Below are positions 1 to 9,705 of a stretch of DNA of 64,000 nt, one piece after another. Where the stretch lies: contig CAWJCS010000002.1 of the NCBI GenBank assembly GCA_963841435.1, forward strand, positions 544,001 through 608,000. Reading direction: 5' to 3'. The stretch's first letter is position 1, and every line of letters begins with the position of its first letter. The notes beneath the pieces were generated by a model. That model worked only from the letters and a program-made list of their open reading frames with translations, made no database searches and was not told the origin of the DNA. The position numbers were made by a program, and so were the translations under genes. This DNA comes from an uncultured delta proteobacterium. GTDB lineage: Bacteria; Myxococcota_A; Polyangia; Polyangiales; Polyangiaceae.

Positions 1-623
1 GCGATCTTGTCGCCAACAAGGAGCCGCTCGGAGGCGTCCAAGCCCGAAGCGACGCGCTCGAATTCGACGTATCGCAGGAAATTCCGTGGGGCGAACGCGC
101 AGACCGCCTCGGTCTGAAAGCTCTCGAGAGGGGAGACGTCCTTGCGGCGGGCGACGGACCTCTCGCGCTCCCAGCCGTGCCACCCAAGCTGTCTCGCTCG
201 CTCGAGGTCGCCTTCCTTGAATTCAACTGACACCGAGAACCATGTCGGCGCGTGCATCAGCGGATCGACCGCGACGAACAGGTCCATCTCTTGGTGAACG
301 CCGAAGAAAAGCGTCGTCACCTTACGGGTGGGATCGACGTAGATGTCGTGGTAGCGGCTGAAGTCGCTGCCGTACTTGATCTGGAAACGGTGCTCGTCCT
401 TGGGTTAACCCTTGCCGTCGTTCTTGCGCCCGTACTCGTTCGCGGTGAACGCGTAGCAGATGATGGAGCGGCGCTCTCCGCTCGGTAGCTCGATCAGGTA
501 CTCGTACGGAGCCACCGTGGGGTTAGGGGATCGGAGCACGCGCGCTCCGCAGGTCACCAAGGCGGCCGTGATGCGCGCGACGTTCTGATGACCGTCCACC
601 CCGGAGTAGCGCTCGACCCGCAT
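1..623 (-). pseudogene. Putative restriction-endonuclease-like, methylase-associated protein; interrupted by an in-frame TAA at 405-407 and running off the window edge
   Basis: ORF 405..623 continues in the same frame past the TAA (PKDEHRFQIKYGSDFSRYHDIYVDP...WFSVSVEFKEGDL...GWHGWERER) with no further stop to position 1. It is divergent from a C5 MTase. Resemblance to the methylase-associated X1 (MTaX1) family is from memory, not a search. Confidence 0.55.
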
Positions 624-756
624 CCTTCCAGACTAAACCACAGGCTCGCCGGCCAAGCACCGAGCCCGTGGGGCTCCGCTCCGGTGTGACATTCAAAGAC
701 CCGGGAGCGGAATGCCGGCGACGTAGCCGAGCACCTCTGCTATACGCATGATCAGC

Positions 757-2000
757 ATGTCGAAGCCGCGGGTCATCAGCCTCTTCTCCGGCGCTGGCGG
801 GCTCGATTATGGCTTCGAAGCTGCGGGATTTGATACGGCCGTAGCTTTGGAGCTCGACCACGACGCCTGCGAAACCCTGAGAACCAATCGCCGTTGGGAG
901 GTCATCGAGCGGAGCATCTTCGAGGTGCCGACCGCAGAGGCCTCCTTGAGCGCGGGGGGCTGAAGAAGCGTGAGGCAAACGTCCTCATCGGCGGCCCGCC
1001 CTGCCAGCCGTTCTCGAAGGCGGGGTACTGGTCGAAGGGCGATTCGCTGAGGCTCGATGATCCGCGCGCGAGCACGCTGAGCGCGTACATGCGCGTCGTT
1101 GAGGAAGCGCTGCCGCAGGTGTTCCTGCTCGAGAACGTCGAGGGTCTTGCTTACGCAGGTAAGGATGAGGGGCTTCACCTGCTGCTCGAGTGCGTGAAGG
1201 ACATCAACGCGCGCACGCGGAGCAACTACAAGCCAGTGTTCAAGATTCTCCGCGCGGTCAACTACGGCGTCCCGCAGCAGCGCGAGCGCGTGATCATGAT
1301 CGCCTCTCGTGACGGGGAGCAGTTCAGCCACCCGACGCCGACGCACTGCGATCCGGACGCGCCAGCCCCTCTCCTCGCCAAAGTCAACCAACCGTTCTAC
1401 CGAACCGCCTGGGACGCGATCGCAGATGTGAAGCCGGATACGGACGAAGAGCTGGAGATGCGCGGGAAGTGGGCGGGCCTGTTGCCTTCAGTCCCCGAAG
1501 GTCAGAACTACCTTTGGCACACCGATCGAGGCGGAGGGCGACCGCTCTTCGGCTGGCGACGACGCTACTGGAGCTTCCTGCTCAAGCTTGCGAAGAATCG
1601 CCCGTCGTGGACGATCCAGGCACAGCCGGGTCCGGCAATCGGCCCATTCCATTGGGAGAATCGCCGCCTCAGCACGCGTGAGCTGTGTCGCCTGCAGACG
1701 TTTCCTGACGACGTGAACATCTGCGGCGGACGGACCTCGATTCAGCGCCAGCTCGGCAATGCCGTTCCGTCGCTCTTGGGCGAGGTTGTCGCGCGTGAGA
1801 TCGCTGTGCAGCTGCTCGGAAAGCGTCGCAACCGGACGCCTCCTCGTCTGCTTCCGCCGGATCGCTCCCCTGCTCCGCCTCCCGAACGGGTACGCGCTGT
1901 ACCCCGGGAGTTCATGGAGCTGGCGGGCGAGCACACGGCGCACCCAGGGACGGGGCTGGGCAACGCAGCGGTGCTTCGGCTCAGCGACTCTTGGGCCTGA
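757..2000 (+). CDS. DNA (cytosine-5) methyltransferase, Dcm-like, split by a frameshift near 935-945
   Basis: Motif I (LFSGAGGL) lies in ORF 748..963. Motifs IV (GGPPCQPFS), VI (LLENV), VIII (QQRERV), IX (RELCRLQTFPD) and X (QLGNAVP) lie in ORF 894..2000. Confidence 0.93.
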
Positions 2001-2655
2001 TCCGTTTCGCGCACAGCGGCTCGAGAACGCAGCGCTCGCACCGTGGGTGCACGCCGCACGTCTTTCGGCCGTGAGCGACCATGGTGACGTGCAACGAGTA
2101 GCGGAGACTCGGGTCAATCTTGCCCTCGAGCTCGGCGCTGCGACGCTCGTCCGGATGCTTCCCACCGGCCACCCATCCTAGCCGCTCGGAGACGCGCCAC
2201 ACGTGCGTGTCCACGGGCAGCACGTAGCGACCGAGCGAATACATCAGGACGCAGCGCGCAGTCTTGGGACCGACGCCGGGCAGAGACACGAGGTAGCTCA
2301 TGGCGTCCTCGTTCGACCAGGTGTGCAGAAAGCGCAGCGAGGTCGTTCCGCGATCCGCATGGATCTTCTTTAACAGAGCCTGAAGGAGCGCCACCTTCCG
2401 CTTCGCAAAGCCACCGAACCGGATCAGAGTCTCGACCTCTCCGCCCGGGGCTCGCCTGACCCGGTCCCAGCTTCGATACGTCTTCCAAAGCGCCGAGAAA
2501 GTACGCCGATACTCAGCCTCTCGCGTCTGTGTGGAAAGGACGATGAAGACAAGCTCAGCAAGCGGATCACGCTTGTTATGGAGCCGTGGACGGCCGTACG
2601 TCGAGCGGAGCACCTGCTCGATATCGTTGGGGCTGGGAAGGAGGTCCGCGGCCAA
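1981..2655 (-). CDS. Endonuclease III-like HhH-GPD DNA glycosylase with a C-terminal 4Fe-4S motif
   Basis: LSTQT, HhH motif LPGVGPKTA, PVDTHVWRV and C-x5-C-x2-C-x5-C; converges on and overlaps the MTase 3' end by 20 bp. Confidence 0.88.
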   Translation of the reverse strand: MAADLLPSPNDIEQVLRSTYGRPRLHNKRDPLAELVFIVLSTQTREAEYRRTFSALWKTYRSWDRVRRAPGGEVETLIRFGGFAKRKVALLQALLKKIHADRGTTSLRFLHTWSNEDAMSYLVSLPGVGPKTARCVLMYSLGRYVLPVDTHVWRVSERLGWVAGGKHPDERRSAELEGKIDPSLRYSLHVTMVAHGRKTCGVHPRCERCVLEPLCAKRIRPKSR

Positions 2656-2735
2656 CAGGCACGAGATCTAGCTGCCCCAGCGCGCCCGGTCACGCCACCT
2701 TGCGCCCGACCGAGAACCGGTGGAAGGCTCGACGG

Positions 2736-3011
2736 ATGAGCGCCGAGCTGCCCCGCGCCCCGCTCCTCGAGGCGCCCATCATCCAGTACCTCGCATCCAA
2801 GCCCGGCCCGCAGGAGATCGCGGAGATCGACACCGCCGTCGCGCGAGAGCTTGCGCTGACGCCCGAGCAACTAGCACTGCCGCACAACCCCGCAAAGGCG
2901 GGCGGGCGCAGCGAGTTTGCCTACCGAATGGCGTGGGCTCGGACCCGCCTGAAGGCGAAAGGCGCCATCGAGAATACGGGCCTCGGCAAATGGGCGCTGG
3001 TAAAAAAATAG
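2736..3011 (+). CDS. Stand-alone Mrr N-terminal (winged-helix) domain protein, 91 aa
   Basis: P...PIIQYL...EI...VA..L.LTPEQL...SEFAYRMAWARTRLKAKGAIENTGLGKW matches the Mrr_N pattern; no nuclease domain follows. Confidence 0.75.
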   Translation: MSAELPRAPLLEAPIIQYLASKPGPQEIAEIDTAVARELALTPEQLALPHNPAKAGGRSEFAYRMAWARTRLKAKGAIENTGLGKWALVKK

Positions 3012-3024
3012 GCCACCGTCTGCG

Positions 3025-5412
3025 CTAGCCGTCCTCTGCGTCAAGCTCCGCATCAAACATCGTCGCGATCTGCATGCGCCCGATCGCAATGATGGCGTGT
3101 CGCATCCAGATGTCCGACGGCTTCTCCTCGGGCGCGACCTTTCCCTTTGCGTCATTCAGCAAGAACATCCCGTACGACACTGCGCCGGCGTAGCGATCCT
3201 TCAGCGACTCCACCGCGTCTTTGGATCCGGACGCGCTGTCGGCGCGCCGTGTGATGGCCTTGCGCAGATCGGGGAAGCTCTCGTTGAGACGGAATACCAA
3301 CGATTCCGCGGAGTCCGTCACGTCTCCCGCTTCCTCGCCCGTCCATTCTGGCGGCCACATGCGCTTCAGCTCCTCGCGCTCCTCGTCGTTCGCTGCGTCG
3401 CGCTCGTGCCTGACCCACGTGATGTCGGGCACCCCGCTGTCGGCCGGAGGGACTGTATCCGGGCAGCTCGAGGGCTGAACTACTTGAATCGTAGCCGTGG
3501 CCACGAGTTCCCCCGCAGCAGCGTTGAGCAACCGAACGCGGACCGTGTACTCACCAGGCTTCGCTTCCTCGGAGGAGCCAAACACCAGCCGCGCGCGACC
3601 ACCTCGCACCGAGCCGGTCCCCTTGTGTCGCAGTCCGCCTGGATCGGGCCCGGCAATCTCCACGACGAGATCTCCGCTCGACTCGTCCAGATAGCCGTTC
3701 TTCGCGTCGATCGCGAGCACCAGATGCCCACCACGCCCTGCTCCGATCTCGTGGCGGGAGTTGATGATCTCGATCTTCGTGGGCACGGCTGGGAATGCGG
3801 AATCATCCATCTCTGGAGGCTTCACGCGCCCCCGAGGCTTGGTGATTGGCGGTCGATCCGCCCGACGACCGGGGCGAGCGCCACCGTCGGTCGCTCCAGC
3901 CAAGTTTCGCCCCATCCCTGCGAGATGGCGCCTGATAAGCGTTGCCACCTTCTTCCGCACGCTATCTTTCACCTTTGCCGAAGCTCGCGCTAGCTCCGCG
4001 TTCTTCGCTTCCTCTTCGAGCGCACGAAAATCCTCGCCCTCGAGGTATTCGGCCAGCGCATTGAAAATGGCATCGCTGACCTCGTTGTCTCGCTGCTGCT
4101 CGCGACCGGACGGGAACAGGTGCCGCTTCGCTTCAGCGGTGAGCTCATCAGCTGCAACTTGAACCACCATCCGCTTGGCTAGAAAGCCGAGCCGACACTC
4201 CTTGAGGAAGTCGCGCCCCCGCTGTCCGTGGCGTTGCCCGGACAACGTCAGAGTGATCGTGTGCTCAGCGCGAACGTAGCTCTCCGCGTTCGCCACTCCG
4301 CCAAGGACCCATGCGCGCACGCGGATCCGGCCCAGCGATTCGCCGGCATCCAACACATCGAGCATCAGCTCGTCCGAGAAGCGGAGGAACGGCCGCTCCG
4401 AGCCAGGATCCTCCACGTCGTCTCCAGCGCGCAAGCGTGGCTTCGTGGGCAGCCCGTCGAGCACCGCGGCGTTGCCCTTGATGATGCGGCCAGTGGACGC
4501 AGCCTTTGCATCCCCGTGCAGGTCCTTCTTCCTGTCGCCCGTGATGTGAATCGGAAGTGGCGGATCGTAGAGCGCCGAGTTCAGGAGAGCCCACAGACCG
4601 GTCTTCTGCTGGCGATACGCGGCAGAGTACCGATGGAGGTCGTAGCGGACGTGTGTGATCCGGGTGCCGTGGGCAAGCTCGAACGCACCAGCTACCTCGC
4701 GCGGCCGTGCACACAAGATCGCATGCTTGGGTCCGCATAGGTACTCGTATGTGCCGCCCTTGATCTTGCTCGGCGTGTAGCGCACCACGGTGAAGCCAAC
4801 GAGGTCGTCTTCACCATCGAGCAGCTGCTTGGCACGCCGCGAGGCGATGATGGTGTACTCGCTATGCATCAGGGTCGTCGCGCCGCCATGGCCATACTTT
4901 CCGATGAGGTACGGCTTCTCCCGCTTCTCGCTTTGGTGCAGGCTCAGCAGCGAGGTCGAGAACGCGCTCGGGTGCTGCCCCATCCCGTGGTCCTCAACCA
5001 AGATGGTGGGTCGATCAGGATCTCCGCTGTCCGTGAGGTGCACGTGCACGGCCCCCTCAGCGATGGAGCGGACCTTCTTATCGTCCTTCATTGCGGTGAC
5101 GCCCCGCGGCGGCAGGCCAAACCAGCGCGCACCGGCCTCCGCCGGCGTCCCAGGCCGATCCCTGGCGTGCAAGCGCGCCTCCAGCTCGAAGCACGCCTCG
5201 ATCCCGTTCACCACCCGCTCGATGAGCTGCGTTGGCGCGTCCTTACCTAGCTCGATGGGGCCGTCGTTCGAAGGATTGCCGCCGACCGGGCACCACGTGA
5301 AGTCCAGCTCTCCCTGGATCTCCTTGATCACCTCCCGCGTTGCGTCGTTCGTGGTGACGCTCAGCAGGCGAGCTGCGAGAGCCTTACCAAGTGGATGCAG
5401 GCGATCGGTCAT
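3025..5412 (-). CDS. GHKL (MORC/TopoVIB/Hsp90-like) ATPase, 795 aa
   Basis: Bergerat-fold motifs ERVVNGIEA, VEDHGMGQ, GKYGHGG and HGTRI; SD-like AAGGGGGA before the ATG. Confidence 0.8.
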   Translation of the reverse strand: MTDRLHPLGKALAARLLSVTTNDATREVIKEIQGELDFTWCPVGGNPSNDGPIELGKDAPTQLIERVVNGIEACFELEARLHARDRPGTPAEAGARWFGLPPRGVTAMKDDKKVRSIAEGAVHVHLTDSGDPDRPTILVEDHGMGQHPSAFSTSLLSLHQSEKREKPYLIGKYGHGGATTLMHSEYTIIASRRAKQLLDGEDDLVGFTVVRYTPSKIKGGTYEYLCGPKHAILCARPREVAGAFELAHGTRITHVRYDLHRYSAAYRQQKTGLWALLNSALYDPPLPIHITGDRKKDLHGDAKAASTGRIIKGNAAVLDGLPTKPRLRAGDDVEDPGSERPFLRFSDELMLDVLDAGESLGRIRVRAWVLGGVANAESYVRAEHTITLTLSGQRHGQRGRDFLKECRLGFLAKRMVVQVAADELTAEAKRHLFPSGREQQRDNEVSDAIFNALAEYLEGEDFRALEEEAKNAELARASAKVKDSVRKKVATLIRRHLAGMGRNLAGATDGGARPGRRADRPPITKPRGRVKPPEMDDSAFPAVPTKIEIINSRHEIGAGRGGHLVLAIDAKNGYLDESSGDLVVEIAGPDPGGLRHKGTGSVRGGRARLVFGSSEEAKPGEYTVRVRLLNAAAGELVATATIQVVQPSSCPDTVPPADSGVPDITWVRHERDAANDEEREELKRMWPPEWTGEEAGDVTDSAESLVFRLNESFPDLRKAITRRADSASGSKDAVESLKDRYAGAVSYGMFLLNDAKGKVAPEEKPSDIWMRHAIIAIGRMQIATMFDAELDAEDG

Positions 5413-5563
5413 CAGTTCCCCCTTCAGTGCAACAGGCGCAGGGTAGGCCAGCCACGAATTCTAGGGTGGACGCTCTGTGCGCCGCAAGAGGTGAGCCAGC
5501 CGCGTGCATGCGCTGCGCGGTCGAGTAATCGACACCGACGCCCAGGGAGCTAAACTTGTGACC

Positions 5564-5803
5564 ATGCGTTCCGTCGAAGCTATCGCCGTGGAGGCTCTGT
5601 CGCTGCCCGCCGACGACCGGGCCGCTCTCGTCTTGCGCCTTGCTGAGAGCCTCGACGAACAGCACGATTGCGACGGCGAGGATGCCTGGGCTGCTGAAGT
5701 GGCGGGACGCATCGAGACGATCACGGCGGGAACTGCCGAGACGATCACGATTGCCCAGGCGCTCGCCGGAGCTCGCGCCCGATTGTCGACGCGTCGTGGC
5801 TGA
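5564..5803 (+). CDS. Addiction-module antitoxin-like protein (TIGR02574 type)
   Basis: EALSLPADDRAALV..L.ESLD...AWAAEV..RI...AG is the family pattern; 79 aa. Confidence 0.8.
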   Translation: MRSVEAIAVEALSLPADDRAALVLRLAESLDEQHDCDGEDAWAAEVAGRIETITAGTAETITIAQALAGARARLSTRRG

Positions 5804-5989
5804 GATTCTCCGACCCCGCCCGCCTCCTCCTCTCCCCCAACCCCATCCGAATCAACCAATCCTTCCGCCCGACCAGCGCCCGCGCCGTCCCCGGCGATAC
5901 AGCGCGACCAGCTCCGCTTCAGGCTCGCACCGTGAGTCACCCCTCGCACCGTGCGTCGCGCGCATCACGCTCCGGTGACGCCGCCGGCA

Positions 5990-6480
5990 CCGGCGCCGCC
6001 GGGCGGGACCGCAGACAGCTCGAGCGTCTCTGTCGCTACGTCACCCGCCCGCCGGTCGCCCAAGACCGGCTCGAGCGGCTCGCCGACGGCAAGCTCGAGC
6101 TTCCGACTCAAGCACCCGTGGAAGGACGGCACGTGCGCGATCCTGCTCGAGCCCGATGACCTGTTGGTCCGGCTGGTCGCCGCGGTGCCCCACCGTACTT
6201 CCACTTGGTCAGGTACTTCGCCGTGCTCTCGAGCCACTCGCGACTGCGAAAAGAAGTCGTGCCACACCCGCCCGCTGATCCGAGCGCGGATGTTCCGCCG
6301 CCGGCGCCGGGCGACCAGCTCGAGCTCGACCTCGACGCCGACGGTGACGCGCCGGCTCCGAGAAAAAGATGGGCGTGGTTGCTGACACATGTGTTCGCTG
6401 CCGACCTTGATACGTGCCCCCCGACGAAGACGTCGGCTCCCCCGACGCGCGGGGTAGCTGCAACCGGTCGCGCCCGCTAG
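5990..6480 (+). mobile_element. IS91/ISCR-family rolling-circle transposase remnant (C-terminal part, frameshifted)
   Basis: Fragments across three frames: DRRQLERLCRYVTRPPVAQDRL / RLKHPWKDGT.AILLEPDDLLVRLVAAVP / HLVRYFAVLSSHSRLRKEVVP...RWAWLLTHVFAADLDTCP. Confidence 0.85.
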
Positions 6481-6753
6481 CGTGCGCTCTTGACGCCGAC
6501 CCGAGCGGGCGTCGAGGACGTGGCGCGCCGCACGGCAGCCGGTATCGAGAAATCCTCCGACCACGCAACCGTGCTCCACATCGCTCCTGTGTTCGGAGCA
6601 GCGACACCCGCCCACCTGCAGTCCCCTCCAATCCTGCCCCCGGGCTTCCTCTCGGTTTTCGCGGTTCGATTTTCTTATGCGCCAACCCAATTGGCGCCCC
6701 GGCGTCCCTCACCGGCGACGACCGATGAGCCCGGTCGGCAAGCAGCAGGCCGA

Positions 6754-9261
6754 TTACGGCTGATAGGGGCGTGGCGCCACCGCGGGCGTCGTGCCCTCGA
6801 CCCAGGCGGGGCTGCCCTGGGAGGTGATGGTCACGCTGGAGCTGGTCAAGCCCGGGCGACGTGGCCTCGATGACCGAGGTGCCGGAGTAGTAGGTGCGGA
6901 ATTCAATCGCGGCCTGGCCGTCGCGGATCGCGATGTCGGACGCCGAGCCGCTGCCGGGCGGCGTGAACGTGATGCTCGGCCCGGTCGGGAACTCGCCGGG
7001 GCCGGACTTGATCGTGAGCGTCACGGTGGCGGTGTTGCTGATCGGCTTGCCGTCCGAGTCCACGACGGTGACCAGGAGCCATGCGTCCTGCGTGCCGTCC
7101 ACCGCGGACAGCGTCGTCGTGCTCGACGTCAGATTCAGGCCCGCGGCCGTGCCCGCGGTCGGCCAGGTCGGCGGCGGGACGTTCGCGTAGGCGTTTCGAT
7201 ACCAGTAGTACGACTCGCTTCGGGATGCGGAAGTAGTCGACGATGCCCGAGTTGATGTACTGCGTGCCCATCTGGCTGCCGTAGTCGAACATGCACCACC
7301 GGGAGATTCCGCTGCGCCACGCGGGTTGGGCGGCCATGCCGTTCGACACCGTCAGGTTGCCCCAGCCCGGATCGTAGTTGCCCGGGCGAGTCGAGCTCAC
7401 GTCGGCGCCGTATTCGGACACCATGTTGGGTATGCCAGGGTCGTCGTAGCCCACGCCGTCGCCGTTGTAGCCGGCCACGTCGCCCAGCGTGCCAGGCTCG
7501 GTGCCGCCGATCTTGGACTGCGCGCCGCCGATGGCGGCCGGCCGTCCCGTGGGCGCGGGATCGAGCTGGTGGGTCAAGGCGACCGCCTTCTTGAGCAGCG
7601 CGATCACCCTGTCCGCCGGACCGCCGCCGTTGAAGAAGTCCTCGTTTCCCATGCTCCACACGATGATGCTCGGGTGATTGCGATGGATGCGGATCATCTC
7701 CGTGAGGCTCGCGAGAACGTTGGCGTCGTACTCGTCGAAGTCGGCGGACGTGCTCGGGTAGGCGCCGCTGTAGGACCAGCCGCCCGGGCCGCCGCCGAAG
7801 CCGCCCCAGAAGCAGTTTTCCGACCAGAACAGGATGCCGAGCTCGTCGCACGCGTCGGCGAAGGCCGGGCGCCTTCGGATAGTGCGAGCCGCGGATGAAG
7901 TTCATGCCCGCGTCCTTGACCATCTTGACGTCGCGGTAGAGCGCCGAGTCGCTCACGCCGATGCCCCAGCCGGCATGGTCCTGATGGACGTTGCCCCCTT
8001 GAATCCAATAGTGCGCGCCGTTCAGGGAGAATCCTTGTGTACGCCGACCAGCTGAACCAGCGAAACCCGAACGTGCGTCGTGAAGTCGTCGACGATCCCC
8101 ATGTCGTCGGACAGGTACGACAGCGCCCTGTACAGCGTGGGATGGTCGGGGTGCCAGAGCGACGGGCTGCTGATCGCTGGCGTGGTTTGGTCGAAGGTCA
8201 CCGTCTTGCCCGCGTCGATCTGTCTGCTGAGACGAGACGGTGGCGACCACCTTGCCGTCCTTGTCGACGATGTCGGTCTTCAGCGTGGCGTTGACGGCGG
8301 CGGCGCGGTCATGTTCTGCACCTCCGTCTTGATCTCCACGGTGCTGGACGAGCCCGAATTGGTCGCGAGCGTGGGCGTCGTGACCCACGTGCCGTACCAG
8401 GCGACGTGAAGCGGATCGGTAACGACGACGTTCACGTCGCGATAAAGACCGCCCTGGAACGTGTGGTCGCCGGTGATCGGCGGGAGCTGCGCGTTCCAGT
8501 TGTTGTTCAGGCGAACGGCCACGACGTTGTCACCGGTCTGGATGGCGGCGCTGATCGTCGATGGAGAAGCCGTTGTAGCCGCCGATGTGCTCTCCGACCT
8601 GCTTGCCGTTGACGTAGATCTGCGCCTGGTCGAACGCCGCCTGAAACTCGAGAAACACGCTCTTTTCCGCCCAGTTCGCCGGCACGGTGAAGTGCTTTCG
8701 GTACCAGCCGTACCCGACGTAGAACTTCGCGTTGATGAAGTACGGCAGATTGAACGAGTGCGGCAGGCCTATATCGTTCCACGAGGCATCGTCGAAATCG
8801 GTCGCGTCCGCGCCCGTCACGTCGCTACGTTTGAACTTCCACGATTGGTTGAAGTTCTGAATCTCGCGGGCGCCGGTGGGCTCTGCACCGCCAGTCCCCC
8901 CCGAAGCAGCGGCGCCCGCCTGTCCTCCCTCAGCGGCAGCGCCAGCCGCGCCACCGCTCCCTGAGAGCCCGCCCGCGGCCGCGCCGCTATTGCCGCCCGC
9001 GGCCGCGCCGCCGTTGCCGCCGCCGGCCGTGCCTCCGGAGGCGGAGACCCCGCCGCTGGCCTGGTTTCCCCCTGTGGACTGCATGCCACCGGCCGAACCA
9101 CCGGTGGCGGCGTTCGAGCCTCCGTTTCCCTGGGATTGGCCGCCGCTGCCGCCGGCAACGCCGCCATTGCCACCTGACGCTCCGTTTTGATGGCTGTCTC
9201 GCTTGGACCCACTGCAAGCAAGCAACGCCATTGCGATCATGAGGGGCAGTGCGCGATGCAT
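6754..9261 (-). CDS. Glycoside hydrolase family 2 (beta-galactosidase-like) lipoprotein, multiply frameshifted
   Basis: Lipobox LLAC and Gly-rich linker, then NFNQSWKF, GWYRKHF, YVNGKQVGEHIGGY, GGLYRDV, NVHQDHAGWG, GMNFIRGSHYP, RNHPSIIVWSMGNE and VSEYG spread over several ORFs. Confidence 0.85.
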
Positions 9262-9705
9262 CGGATTTCCCATCTCGTGTCGAGTCGAGCCCCTGGCGAC
9301 TACCGCAGGTCGAACACTTCGTCGGTCTCTTGGAACAACGTCGCGCCGCTCTTCTGGGCTGTCAGGACGAGGTAGCCGCCCCCCGGGACCTGGATCGGGG
9401 GCCTGGATCGCGGTCTCGACGAGCGAGTGCGGGATGGAGCGGCGCATGCCCCAGCAGAAACCCGCCAGCGCGGTCGGACGGGTCACTTTTCTCGGTGGGT
9501 GACCTGCAATCACGGGGCTGTGAACCCGGGATCTCGTGCGCGTAACATAGTGGAATAATGAAAGAAATCGTGGCCGCTTCTCGTTCGGTCGGTTGCGACG
9601 CGAGGGCGGTCGAGCGGCAGCTCGAGGCGGCGTTCACGCCGGCGGTGCATCGAAATCCCCGAGCCGTCGGTGGGACATGAGGGGTGTTGGTAGGAGACGG
9701 AAATC

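Noticed and set aside
676-710. Inverted repeat CCGCTCC...GGAGCGG between the divergent nuclease and MTase genes as an operator
   Set aside because: The arms are only 7 bp and GC-rich, which is plausible by chance, and no controller protein gene is adjacent.
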